The notes under the pieces were generated by a model, which saw only the letters and a list, made by a program, of their open reading frames with translations, was not told where the DNA came from and did no database searches. Shown piece by piece: positions 29,683 through 39,619 of a stretch of 64,000 bases of DNA. The position numbers were made by a program, and so were the translations under genes. How positions within the stretch are numbered: the first letter of the stretch is position 1; every line of letters starts with the position of its first letter. The DNA lies in assembly GCA_017448795.1 (NCBI GenBank), contig JAFSKV010000072.1:39084-103083 (forward strand), read 5' to 3'. Source of the DNA: Synergistaceae bacterium. GTDB taxonomy: Bacteria; Synergistota; Synergistia; Synergistales; Aminobacteriaceae.

Positions 29683-30882
29683 ATGCGTAAAATCTTTGCG
29701 ATCCCCGTAATAATTTTATGCCTGACAATCACAGCAAGATGGGCGTTCCCGCTGCAGTCTCCTGATGACAGGGTACACGACTGGGTGTGGAACGTCCTTG
29801 TTGTACCTCCGTCGGCAGGCTGGGACAATGAGCCGGGAAAATCCATAAAGACCGCGTTATCTTGGTGCGAGCGCGAAATCTCCGAGAGTTCCAACGGGAT
29901 CGGCGGCCATGATGTGAAGTTTGTCCTGATTCCTGAGAGTGAAGACCTGCCCATGAGAAGCGATGTCAGCAATTCTCACACAGTCGCGGTGATGAGCTTC
30001 ACGCATTCCCCGGAGGCAGACAAGATACTTGCCGCACGTTTTGCGGGGTCTAATGTCCCTTTGATGCTGGCGGGCGGTGAGAGCGTTCTAATCGACAGGG
30101 GAGGCCGTCCTATCCCGAATATATTTGCGCTGGACATGTACAGGGATTACAGGTGCCAAGCATTCACGGAGTACGCGAAGAGAATCTACAAGCGTGAAAA
30201 GAGAATAGCCTTAGCCGCGAGCCGCTTCACTGTCAACCAAGAACGCGAGGCAAAAATCTGCTATGCTCTTCTGGACAATGCCGGGTTTATGCCTATGCCT
30301 TACTGGACGGATGCATCAGCCAGAGACAGCTACTATATGATGTCGGAGGAGATAGAGAGCTTCGAGGGTGAGCAGGCAGGGGTTGTGATTTCGTTCATGG
30401 GGAGCATGGGTGCGCGGGAAATCTGGCGGAACTTCATGCGCCTGCGGACGAGCTGGAGGCTGTGGAACGTCTCAGAGCCCGATGAAATGTACCTGTCATG
30501 CCGGGGGATGATTTTTGCCGACCAGAATATTTTGCTTCACAGCCTGGGGGGATTCGTTGAGACACGGCGGATGCTGTGGAGGACGCGGGCGATGGCTGTC
30601 GCTGACCCTGTGGCGGCCGGGCGGGCAATCGCTCTGTATGAGTGGCTGAAGAGGGCGGTTGATGTTATGCCCCAGCCTGTTGACGATATGCCGCGGGGAA
30701 TGCTTTTGCAGAATCTTGCGCGTGTTCAGGGTATACCTTTCGGGAATCAGAAGCTGGATATATCGCCGGGACTTCACAGGCCGTCAGCAAGGAATGTGTA
30801 CATTGTGGAGATCCGGGACAGGGGGTATTCTGAGCTTGACACGGTGAACACGAGGGCGCTGGCTTATGTTCCGGCGTATTGA
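29683..30882 (+). CDS. Exported protein, possibly type-1 periplasmic-binding fold (LivJ-like), with no transporter partner
   Basis: Has a signal peptide. The string ALSWCEREISESSNGIGGHDVKFVLIPE resembles the N-terminal lobe of Leu/Ile/Val-binding proteins. This assignment is weak. Confidence 0.4.
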   Translation: MRKIFAIPVIILCLTITARWAFPLQSPDDRVHDWVWNVLVVPPSAGWDNEPGKSIKTALSWCEREISESSNGIGGHDVKFVLIPESEDLPMRSDVSNSHTVAVMSFTHSPEADKILAARFAGSNVPLMLAGGESVLIDRGGRPIPNIFALDMYRDYRCQAFTEYAKRIYKREKRIALAASRFTVNQEREAKICYALLDNAGFMPMPYWTDASARDSYYMMSEEIESFEGEQAGVVISFMGSMGAREIWRNFMRLRTSWRLWNVSEPDEMYLSCRGMIFADQNILLHSLGGFVETRRMLWRTRAMAVADPVAAGRAIALYEWLKRAVDVMPQPVDDMPRGMLLQNLARVQGIPFGNQKLDISPGLHRPSARNVYIVEIRDRGYSELDTVNTRALAYVPAY

Positions 30883-30937
30883 CACGAAATATCATGCTGA
30901 ACGTTACGTAAAAAAATTTTGGAAGGGGTAAGGTGCT

Positions 30938-31054
30938 GTGAAATTTTGCAGGATATTTTTCACTGCGGCAACGTGTGTAATATTCTTTATGTCTTCAGCA
31001 TTCAGTGAGGATTTCAAATCTCTTCTTAAAGAAAGCACAGCGCGGAGATACTGA
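30938..31054 (+). other. Out-of-frame signal-peptide segment belonging to the Sel1/CsgG-like gene
   Basis: GTG at 30938 encodes KFCRIFFTAATCVIFFMSSAFS-EDFKSLLK and then stops at 31052. The main ORF is in the +1 frame and overlaps it from 31005. Confidence 0.6.
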
Positions 31055-33065
31055 AGCGCAGTATGAAGTGGGGTACATGTGTTTACGGGGCGGAATCGGT
31101 GCTCCGTATAATTCAAAAAAGGCTCTTGAATGGTACTTGAAGGCCGCCAATAACGGCCACGCACTTGCCCAGAACGAGCTAGGCGTGATTTATGCGCTTG
31201 GTAACATAAGTATCAAGGCAGATTACGGTCAGGCGCGTGAATGGTTTCTTAAGGCAGGAGGGAATAAATGCGGAAACGCTTTCGGGAATCTCGCATGGAT
31301 GTACATGAAGGGCATCGGCTTTGAGGTTGACTACAAGAAAGCCATCGAGTACTTCACCAAAGGAGCGGATCTCGGCGACCGCGAATGCATGATGAATCTC
31401 GGCTGGATGTATTCACAGGGTCTCGGAGTCAGCAGGGACGACCGAAAGGCGCGTGAATGGTACGACAAAGCCGCAAAAATCAGCAGGGAAGATACTTCCA
31501 GCCATATCAGATTCATGGAAGAATACAAAGAAGTCAGTCTCGCTGCTGGTTGGGGGATAGAGAATCTCCACAAGCCAATAAGCCGGAAGGACGCATTTGA
31601 ATACCTCACCAAGAGGGCAGAAACGGGAGATGCGCATTCTATGATTGCTCTGGGTAGTCTGCTGGGGTCTATCCCATATGACGACGAAGACTTCAATGCC
31701 GTTCGTCAGTCTGTAAAGCACTATGATGAGTGGTATGAACGAGCGGCTGCTATGAACGAGCCAAGTACTTTTTATGAACTCGGTCGGGCGCATGCTGCAA
31801 GTGGAGCATATGATAAGGCCATAGAATACTACGAGAAAGCACTCGCCGTAAGCAGCAGAAGCGGAAACACTCACGACATGTCACAGGCTCTAGGCTCTCT
31901 CGGCTTGTTATACGAGGAGGAAAGACGCGATTACGATAAAGCCATATCGTACTATGAGAAAGTGGCCGCTTTAGACCCTAAATATGGTAATTACGACAAG
32001 CGATGGGCGTTCAATAAAATAGCAGCAATATACGCAAGCAGGGGGAACCACGACAAAGCAATAGAATGCTATGAGAAAGGAGGCATTGATCCGCTAACGG
32101 CTCTGTCTCTCGGCAGGCTGTTCGAGGAGGGGAACATAGGGAAGCCCGACTATAGCAGGGCGTTCAAGTACTACAAAATCGGAGCTGAGGCGGGAGAGTT
32201 CAGTTGCATGTTGTCTCTTGCCCGCATGTATGAGAATGGTTTGGGCGTTCCTCAAGACATGGACAAAGCCATCGAGTTTTACCGAAAGGCCGTCAAAGGC
32301 AGCGCACAGGCCCGTAAAGCTCTCGCAAGGCTTAATGTTTCGGTTAATCCTGCAGCAAAGAAAAAAACATCTTCAAGGAAAACGGCTGTTGAGAAAAAAG
32401 CTCCTTCAAATACAGGCAAAAAGGTTTCCGTACATGTTGCACCTTCAAAAAAACAAGATGCAAAAACGCCTAAACAGGACAGCTCCCCTTCAACGAACAA
32501 CGACATGGCAATGCTCGCAGACAGTGCCTCACTCATCAGGCCAAGAATCGCAATCGTTGCCTTTGACGACAAGAGCGAGGAAGGAAAAGCCCTCGCCTCC
32601 GCAATCTTGAACATGATGGTTACTGAGCTGTACAAGACTGGTGCTTTTACACTGCTGGAACGTGAACGGCTTGAAGCTGTCGCCAGCGAACAACGGCTCG
32701 GACAATCCGGGCTCGTGGATCCGTCAACGGCTGTGAAGCTCGGAAGGATAGCGGGCGCGCAGTACATCATGACCGGAGCAGTTACCCTCTACTACTACAA
32801 CGAGAAGGCTTCCGGGTTAGCACTCCCAATTATCGGAACTTCGGCTAAGGCTAAGACAGCGTACGTTGTTATCGACCTCAGGATAATTGATGTCGAGACC
32901 AGTGAAATAGTCTATGCTTATGACCAGATCGGCGAAGCGACAAACAAGGAGAGGAAATCTATTGCAAGCTACAGCAAAATGGCAGGCGGCCTTCTTGGAC
33001 TGGCAACCCGCGACGCTGTAGGTAAGCATGTCTCAGCGATGAGGGGTCTCAATCTTGAGATATGA
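31005..33065 (+). CDS. Sel1/TPR-repeat protein with a C-terminal CsgG-like domain
   Basis: Repeated Sel1 signatures (GDTEAQYEVGYMC, AKEWY.KAA..G). A Lys-rich linker follows. The C-terminus (IAIVAFDDKSEEG...ELYKTGAFTLLERERLEAVASEQRLGQSG...GAQYIMTGAV) resembles CsgG/LpoB-type domains. Confidence 0.7.
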   Translation: MRISNLFLKKAQRGDTEAQYEVGYMCLRGGIGAPYNSKKALEWYLKAANNGHALAQNELGVIYALGNISIKADYGQAREWFLKAGGNKCGNAFGNLAWMYMKGIGFEVDYKKAIEYFTKGADLGDRECMMNLGWMYSQGLGVSRDDRKAREWYDKAAKISREDTSSHIRFMEEYKEVSLAAGWGIENLHKPISRKDAFEYLTKRAETGDAHSMIALGSLLGSIPYDDEDFNAVRQSVKHYDEWYERAAAMNEPSTFYELGRAHAASGAYDKAIEYYEKALAVSSRSGNTHDMSQALGSLGLLYEEERRDYDKAISYYEKVAALDPKYGNYDKRWAFNKIAAIYASRGNHDKAIECYEKGGIDPLTALSLGRLFEEGNIGKPDYSRAFKYYKIGAEAGEFSCMLSLARMYENGLGVPQDMDKAIEFYRKAVKGSAQARKALARLNVSVNPAAKKKTSSRKTAVEKKAPSNTGKKVSVHVAPSKKQDAKTPKQDSSPSTNNDMAMLADSASLIRPRIAIVAFDDKSEEGKALASAILNMMVTELYKTGAFTLLERERLEAVASEQRLGQSGLVDPSTAVKLGRIAGAQYIMTGAVTLYYYNEKASGLALPIIGTSAKAKTAYVVIDLRIIDVETSEIVYAYDQIGEATNKERKSIASYSKMAGGLLGLATRDAVGKHVSAMRGLNLEI

Positions 33066-33078
33066 CAGAAAATAACGA

Positions 33079-33111
33079 GGGAGATTCCTTTTTGGGGAGT
33101 CTCCCTTTTTT
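33079..33111. terminator. Intrinsic terminator candidate between convergent genes
   Basis: Stems GGGAGA and TCTCCC, followed by TTTTTT. Confidence 0.6.
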
Positions 33112-33112
33112 G

Positions 33113-36100
33113 TTACTCGTCATCCTCCGGGCACTTCACGTTGTACGCAACAGCCGTAAGCACAGGTATCACCAGCAGAGTCAGCACCGTGCTCACCGTA
33201 AGCCCGGCCATGATAGTAACCGCCATAGGCCCGAACATCACATCCCATACCAGCGGGAACATCCCCAGAACCGTCGTCAATGCTGACATTGACACAGGCC
33301 TAAGACGCGATATTCCGTCCTCGACGATTGCCTCGTATTTGTCCCGTCCCGCCGCGAAATCCGCGCTCACCTGGTCAAGAAGCACGATTGAGTTCTTCGC
33401 CAGCATCCCCACGAGCGAGAGCAAGCCCACGATTGCGAGGAAGCTCACATCCATTCCCGCCGACCACAACCCCAGCACAACGCCTATCAGTATCAGCGGC
33501 AATGACACGAAGATTATGATTGTCTGGCGGAAACCGTTGAACAGGAACACCATGATGATGAACATGATCAGGATTGCGGGAGGGAACGCCACAGCCATAC
33601 CTGCCATAGACTCGTCCGAAAGCTCCATCTGCCCGCCAAATTCCAGCGTGTAACCCAGCGGAAGCGGTATCGCCTCGATTTTCGGCCTTATCCTCGCAAG
33701 CATGGCATCAGCGTTCGTTCCCAGCTTGATTTCGCTCATGGCCGTAATCACCCTGCTCCTGTCGCGGTGAATGATTATGTCGTCCTCAAAGGCTGTCTCC
33801 ATTTTCGTGAAGACTGTACCCAATGGAACGGACTTGTTCAGCGCAGGCGACCACACAGGAAGCGAGCTGAGGAAGCCGATGTTGTTGCGCTCGTCGGGAG
33901 TCAAGGCGGCGTAAATGGCTAGCGATTTGTCCCCGTCCCGGAATGAGCCGATCGCTGCCCCTGTTGTCGCTGTCTGGAAGGCCATGTTGATTAGGGGGCG
34001 GCCAAGTCCTAGATTCTGCATCTGGTCCTTGAGGATCACCGGGCGTATGACCTCGACTTTCTCCCGCCAGTCAGTCCGCAGGAATTGCGACGAGGGGTCG
34101 CGTTCCATGATTTCGAGTGCCTTCTTCGTGAGACCGCGCAGGATTTCCGGGTCTTCACCGTAGAACCTCACGCCGATTTTCTCACTCATTCCGCTTCCAC
34201 GCGCAAACAGCTTGCACTGCCCGTCAACCCCCGGCATGTTCTCCTCGATGTACTTCTGCGTCTTGAGAATCATGGGGCGGGAGTCTTTAGCGTCCTTCAT
34301 CTCGACCATGAGCTGGGAAAACGCCGTGTTGTTCTCAGGAGGCTGGTACGTCAGCATGAATCGCAGTCCGCCCCCGCCGATGAACTGCGTAACGTTCTTC
34401 ACTTCCGGCTGAGAGCTGATATAGTCGGCAAGCTCCTGCGTAACCTTCTCCTGCCCGGCAAGCGACGTACCCTGCTGGCTCCATAGCTCAACGTTGTAGT
34501 ACACGGTCTCAGCGTCAGGGAAGAATGACGTTGCCATCCGCGAGAATATCAGCATTGAGGCCGCGAACATTCCCACCGTGATTATGATGGTGAGCGTCCT
34601 GTGATGAAGGCAGCCCTCAAGGATTGCCCGGTACATTCTGAACAAAAAGCTGCCGTAAGGGTCTCCCTCCTGTTTCGAGGGCTTGAGCATGACTTTTCCC
34701 AGCGCAGGGGCAACTATCAGCGCGGCGAACCAGCTCAGCATCATTGAGATTGCGACAACCTGAAACATTGAGCGCAGAAACTCTCCGGCCTGTGCCTTCG
34801 ACAGCCCTATAGGAGCGAACGCCATAACCGCAATGAATGTTCCGCCGAGCATCGCCCATATCGAGCCGTTCACAGAGTCAGAAGCAGCGTCCTCAATCGA
34901 CATTCCCCGCTCAGTCCCCACAAGCATACCCTCAGCTACCACAATGCCGTTGTCGACAAGAGAGCCGAGAGCGATAATCAGCGCGGCCAGCGAGACAATC
35001 TGCAAGGTTATTCCCGTCCCGTTCATGATGATGAATGTCCCGGCCACCGTAATCAGAAGCACGAGACCGATAATCAGCCCTGAGCGCATCCCCATGAAGA
35101 CAAGCAGCACTCCCACGACAATAGCGAGCGACTCTATCAGGTTGACGATGAAATCATTTGTCGACTTCACGACCTGCTCGGACTGCATGTATATGGGTGT
35201 CAGCTCAATTCCGACTGGCCGGAAAGCCTCAAGCTCCCTGAGTTTTGCCGACACAGCCCGCCCCATGTTCACGACATTTCCGCCCTCGACCGTTGAGATT
35301 CCGATTGCCAGCGCAGGACGGCCGTTGAACTTCATCATGAACGACTGCGGGTCAGCATAATCACGCCTGACTGCGGCAATGTCCCGGAGCCTCGTGAGAT
35401 TTCCGCCCGAACTCCCTATCACCAAGTCAGCAATGTCCTCAACCGTCAAAATTGCGCTCGTTGGTGAAATCCGTATGTACCTGTCGCCCAGCGTGATATT
35501 CCCGGCCGCCGTTATGGTGTTCTGCTGGGTGAGAGCCGCCAGCACCATGAGGGGCGAGAGTCCTGACGCTGACATCCTGCTTGCCGAAAACTCAATGTAG
35601 ACCGCCTCCGACTGTTCGCCGAGAATCTTCACGCTCGCGACCCCGTCAACAAGCACGAGATTCTTCTTGAGGAAGTCCGCGTAGTCGTAAAGCTCCTTCA
35701 TCGTGTAGCCGTCGCCTATGAGCGCGTAATACTGCCCGTAGACCTCGCCGAAGTCGTTGTTGACGATCACAGTTACCCCAGAAGGCATGTAGACAGACTC
35801 ATCGTTGACCTTCTGACGGAGCTTGTCCCAGATCTGCGGAAGCTCCCTGCTGGTGTACTCGTCCTTTATGTCGACGTAGATTATCGCGAGGCCGGGTGTT
35901 GACCGTGAGCGTATGTGCTTGATTTCACCCATCGCCTGTATTGCGTCCTCAAGCCGGGCTGTTACTTCCTGTTCGACTTCGTACGCGCTTGCACCGGGAT
36001 ATACTGCGCTCACAACGGCTGTCTTTATGGTGAACGAGGGGTCTTCCAGCTTGCCGATCTGGAAATAGGCCATGACCCCGCCGACAAGTGTCAGCAGGCA

Positions 36101-36151
36101 GATGAATATCACGACCCTGTAACGCCTGATGCTCTCTCTTGCTATGTCCAT
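33113..36151 (-). CDS. RND efflux transporter permease (AcrB/HAE family)
   Basis: 1012 aa with 12-TM architecture and two large periplasmic loops. The conserved TM4-type string is ALGSLVDNGIVVAE. Confidence 0.9.
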   Translation of the reverse strand: MDIARESIRRYRVVIFICLLTLVGGVMAYFQIGKLEDPSFTIKTAVVSAVYPGASAYEVEQEVTARLEDAIQAMGEIKHIRSRSTPGLAIIYVDIKDEYTSRELPQIWDKLRQKVNDESVYMPSGVTVIVNNDFGEVYGQYYALIGDGYTMKELYDYADFLKKNLVLVDGVASVKILGEQSEAVYIEFSASRMSASGLSPLMVLAALTQQNTITAAGNITLGDRYIRISPTSAILTVEDIADLVIGSSGGNLTRLRDIAAVRRDYADPQSFMMKFNGRPALAIGISTVEGGNVVNMGRAVSAKLRELEAFRPVGIELTPIYMQSEQVVKSTNDFIVNLIESLAIVVGVLLVFMGMRSGLIIGLVLLITVAGTFIIMNGTGITLQIVSLAALIIALGSLVDNGIVVAEGMLVGTERGMSIEDAASDSVNGSIWAMLGGTFIAVMAFAPIGLSKAQAGEFLRSMFQVVAISMMLSWFAALIVAPALGKVMLKPSKQEGDPYGSFLFRMYRAILEGCLHHRTLTIIITVGMFAASMLIFSRMATSFFPDAETVYYNVELWSQQGTSLAGQEKVTQELADYISSQPEVKNVTQFIGGGGLRFMLTYQPPENNTAFSQLMVEMKDAKDSRPMILKTQKYIEENMPGVDGQCKLFARGSGMSEKIGVRFYGEDPEILRGLTKKALEIMERDPSSQFLRTDWREKVEVIRPVILKDQMQNLGLGRPLINMAFQTATTGAAIGSFRDGDKSLAIYAALTPDERNNIGFLSSLPVWSPALNKSVPLGTVFTKMETAFEDDIIIHRDRSRVITAMSEIKLGTNADAMLARIRPKIEAIPLPLGYTLEFGGQMELSDESMAGMAVAFPPAILIMFIIMVFLFNGFRQTIIIFVSLPLILIGVVLGLWSAGMDVSFLAIVGLLSLVGMLAKNSIVLLDQVSADFAAGRDKYEAIVEDGISRLRPVSMSALTTVLGMFPLVWDVMFGPMAVTIMAGLTVSTVLTLLVIPVLTAVAYNVKCPEDDE

Positions 36152-36154
36152 GCT

Positions 36155-37315
36155 CTAATCCTCCATGAGCCTCACGCGCTGGCCCTCACGCAGGAAATTC
36201 ACGCCTGACGTAACAATCACATCGCCGTTCCTCAAAGTATCACCCTCAATGCTGACATAGCCGCCTTCATGCATCTGTCCGACGTTCACGGGGACTCTTG
36301 AGACTTGGCCGACAGCGTAACGCCAGACGTAATTATTGCCATTCTCATTGAGGATTGCGGTTGACGGCACGGAAAATTTCCCGTCATTCTCCGTGTCAGA
36401 CCTGCCGCCGGAAAAGTCGACCTCGACAGTTACCGCCATTCCCGGAAGAATCCTCACGTCATCCTTCGCGCCGGGCATCGTGGCCGTAACCGGGTAAGTG
36501 TTGGAGCTTGTGGCCTGTGTTGCAACTTCCTTGAGCTTCAGGGGAAATTCCCGGTCAGGAAGTGCATCAAGTCTCGCGGTCAGCGTGAAGAGATTTGCGC
36601 TGTTCCTCATCATGTCGCGGAGGCTGGAATATGCCGGGATGGGCGCAAGCAGTATGTCGTTGTCGGGAATGCTGAAGACTACTTCGAGGGTACTCAAATC
36701 CTGAAGGGTGAAGATAGTCTGCTTTGCTGTGATGTCCTGGAAGTTTTCGACCTTCCTGTCAGCAATTATGCCGTCAAAGGGGGCGCGTAGTTCCGTATCT
36801 TTGAGGGCATCGCGGGCGGATTTAAGGCTTGCTTGTGCCGCGTCGACTGCCGATTTCGCAACGTCAACCTGGGTCTTGTAGGTGTCATACTGGGCGCGGG
36901 CTATGACTTTCTGCTTGTACAAGTTCTCGTAGCGAGTGAAGTCGGCCTGGGCGTTCTTGTGCTGGGCTTGGGCTTGGGACAGTGTGCTTTGTGCGCGGCT
37001 TATGGCTGTATTGAAGTCGCGGGGGTCTAGGGTTGCGAGGAGTGTTCCGCGTTTGACGTTTGCGCCTTTGTCGACATTAATCTTCCTGAGCGTGCCTGGG
37101 ACTCTGAATGAGAGATCGGCCCGCTTGCCTCCTTGGACTGTCCCGAAGTAGCGCCGGGTGAATGAGCCGCTTCCGCCTGAGAGTCTGACTGTCCGCACCG
37201 GCCTGACGATTTCGGGTTCTGGCTGGGACTCTTCTTCCTGGCGAAGGATGTTGAGGCCGTAAACTATTCCTGCGATTACGGCGGCTCCTATGATGATTCG
37301 GATTACGTGTTTCAT
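36155..37315 (-). CDS. RND efflux periplasmic adaptor (membrane fusion protein)
   Basis: N-terminal anchor, lipoyl/coiled-coil/beta-barrel layout, and the string TELRAPFDGIIADR. It sits immediately upstream of the RND permease. Confidence 0.85.
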   Translation of the reverse strand: MKHVIRIIIGAAVIAGIVYGLNILRQEEESQPEPEIVRPVRTVRLSGGSGSFTRRYFGTVQGGKRADLSFRVPGTLRKINVDKGANVKRGTLLATLDPRDFNTAISRAQSTLSQAQAQHKNAQADFTRYENLYKQKVIARAQYDTYKTQVDVAKSAVDAAQASLKSARDALKDTELRAPFDGIIADRKVENFQDITAKQTIFTLQDLSTLEVVFSIPDNDILLAPIPAYSSLRDMMRNSANLFTLTARLDALPDREFPLKLKEVATQATSSNTYPVTATMPGAKDDVRILPGMAVTVEVDFSGGRSDTENDGKFSVPSTAILNENGNNYVWRYAVGQVSRVPVNVGQMHEGGYVSIEGDTLRNGDVIVTSGVNFLREGQRVRLMED

Positions 37316-37477
37316 GTGTTCATCTCCTGTGTGGAATTTCGCGGATGATTATAGTTTTGCGGGGGGGATTTGTCGCGGGCTGTGAGGCGGTTGACTTTGC
37401 GGGCGATTCATGGCCTTGTTGCGTGTTGTATAATCAGGCCATCCCGAATTTTCCGAATATACATGTCAGGAGGAGCT

Positions 37478-39601
37478 ATGCACATGACCAGGAATGTATC
37501 ACGCCGGGACTTCCTCAAGGCCTCAGCTATAGGCATCGCAGGAGCAGCCGCCTCTTCCCTCATAGCCGCCCCCGCAATCGCTGACGGCAGAAAGAAGCTC
37601 TACACCCCCGGAACTTACTCCGCAGGCGCGCAGGGACTCGAAAGCACCGTTAAGGTAACCATGACTTTCGACGAGTACAGCATACTTGATGTAGCAGTCG
37701 ACACGAGCGGTGAGACCAAAGGCATCGGTGAGCCGGCCGGGCCAAAACTCGCAGACCAGATAAAGAACGCCCAGGGCGCGGAGATTGATGGCATAAGCGG
37801 AGCGACAGTAACCACAAACGCCGCAAAGAAAGCCGCCGCTGACTGCGTGGCCCAGGCAATGGGACTCTCATCCGGCGCATCACCCGAAGCATCCGCTACA
37901 GAATGGCCGGGACCTGAGCCGGTGATTGATGACGCTGACGTTTACGCTGAAGTTACGGCTGACGTTGTCGTTGTCGGTCTCGGAGTCGCAGGGGTAACCG
38001 CCGCAAGAGCCGCCGCGGAATTGGGGGCAACTGTCATCGGCATTGAGTGCGGGGCATCCCCTAACTGCCGCTCAGGTGAGTACGCCGTCATCAACAGTCC
38101 CATCTTCAACAAACGCTGGCCTGAACGCGCACTGACTGAGGAGGAAGTCAACACAATCATAGACTCCCACCTCAACGAGTCCGGCTACCGCGCGAAACGC
38201 CCCATAATGTCGAGATGGGCGCACGAGATCGGCCCGGTTTTCGACTGGTTCATAGGGGCTGACTCTCACCTCTTCATCGCGGACGAGACAAGGCAGCCTA
38301 TCGAGGACGAGAACGCTGACGATTTCCTCGTGCCGATATACAGGCCTCTTCCGTCGTACAAAGACAAGGACGGAGCTGTACACGTTTACAACTGGAAGGA
38401 AGAACGCTTCCCGTGCTTCCCGACATCGGTTGAGTTCCTTCCGAGCCAGCAGAAGACTTTTGCCGCCAACTGGGACAAGGCTCTTGCTACCGGGAAAGTC
38501 AAAGGCTACTTCGGGCATTTCGGGCGCAAGCTCATCATGAAGGACGGACGCTGTGTAGGTGTCTACGCTCTTGATGACATGCCCGGCTCTCCGACAAAGG
38601 GGAAGTTCCTCAAGGCCACCGCGGCGAAGGGAGTCATCCTCTCGACGGGCGATTACGGCTCGAACGACGCGGCAATGTACCACTTCATGCCCGACATCAT
38701 GAAGACACACAAGAACAACAGGCTCTACACTTCAGTTGACGTGAACGGAGTCCGCTCCAACCAGGGGGACGGCCTCAAGATGGGAGCATGGGCAGGCGTT
38801 AAGGTCGGGGGCTTCAGCGCGCCAGTCATCCACCACATGGGCGGGGGGGCTGACCTTGCGGGAATCGGAGTGATGGGCAACGCGGGCTTCCTCAACCTCG
38901 ACATGGACGGAAAGAGATTCATGTGCGAGGACCTGCCCGGCCAGCAGCTGGAGAACCAGATAGAGAGCATAAGGCTGATGAAGTCGTGGCAGATTTTCGA
39001 CTCCAACTGGCCCGAACACATAACCCACATGCCCGCGGCTCACGGAGGGGCGTGCTACTACGAGCCCTACACTTCCCAAGACCAGGCACCCAAGAACAAC
39101 AAGGTCTACCGCAACTGGAAGAGTCCCTACCAGCTGGAGGAAGCCATCAGGGACGGAAGATGCATAAAGGCTGACACTCTGGAGGAATTAATCGCGAGGA
39201 TTTACCCTGACGACACGAAAGCGCAGCAGACAGCCCTCGCCTCAGTCAGGCGCTACAACGAGCTTTGCGCCAAGGGAGTCGATGAGGACTTCAACAAGGT
39301 ATCATCGCGGCTTCTTCCCGTCGAAAAAGGCCCGTTCTACGCCGACCAGTTCACTACAGCCATAATGCTCGTGTGCATCGGCGGGCTTGAGTCTGATGAG
39401 GACTGCCACACGTTCACGGAGATCACGGACGCTGAGGGCAGGCAGGTCTGCGGTGAAGTCATCAGGGGCTTGTACGTCGCCGGAAACATGCAGGGCGGCC
39501 GCTTCGGTCTTCAGTACCCCATCGGCCTGAAGGGACTCAGCCACTCAATGGCCATGTTCTACGGGAAAGTCGCCGGGGAAAACGCGGTGAATGGCATCTA
39601 G
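37478..39601 (+). CDS. Tat-exported flavoprotein reductase (FMN_bind domain plus FAD-dependent fumarate/urocanate-reductase-like domain)
   Basis: Twin-arginine signal SRRDFLKASAIGIAGAAASSLIAAPAIA. FMN_bind flavinylation-type string DGISGATVTT. FAD fingerprint DVVVVGLGVAGVTAARAAAELGA. An ATG at 37484 is an alternative start. Confidence 0.8.
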   Translation: MHMTRNVSRRDFLKASAIGIAGAAASSLIAAPAIADGRKKLYTPGTYSAGAQGLESTVKVTMTFDEYSILDVAVDTSGETKGIGEPAGPKLADQIKNAQGAEIDGISGATVTTNAAKKAAADCVAQAMGLSSGASPEASATEWPGPEPVIDDADVYAEVTADVVVVGLGVAGVTAARAAAELGATVIGIECGASPNCRSGEYAVINSPIFNKRWPERALTEEEVNTIIDSHLNESGYRAKRPIMSRWAHEIGPVFDWFIGADSHLFIADETRQPIEDENADDFLVPIYRPLPSYKDKDGAVHVYNWKEERFPCFPTSVEFLPSQQKTFAANWDKALATGKVKGYFGHFGRKLIMKDGRCVGVYALDDMPGSPTKGKFLKATAAKGVILSTGDYGSNDAAMYHFMPDIMKTHKNNRLYTSVDVNGVRSNQGDGLKMGAWAGVKVGGFSAPVIHHMGGGADLAGIGVMGNAGFLNLDMDGKRFMCEDLPGQQLENQIESIRLMKSWQIFDSNWPEHITHMPAAHGGACYYEPYTSQDQAPKNNKVYRNWKSPYQLEEAIRDGRCIKADTLEELIARIYPDDTKAQQTALASVRRYNELCAKGVDEDFNKVSSRLLPVEKGPFYADQFTTAIMLVCIGGLESDEDCHTFTEITDAEGRQVCGEVIRGLYVAGNMQGGRFGLQYPIGLKGLSHSMAMFYGKVAGENAVNGI

Positions 39602-39619
39602 AGTGAGGGGGCAGCCGGA

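Noticed and set aside
39599-39601. TAG read-through that would fuse the flavoprotein reductase to the TatB-like domain, since both are in the same frame.
   Set aside because: A Shine-Dalgarno lies between the TAG and the CTG. A Tat cargo fused to a Tat component is mechanistically implausible. Independent non-canonical initiation is more likely.
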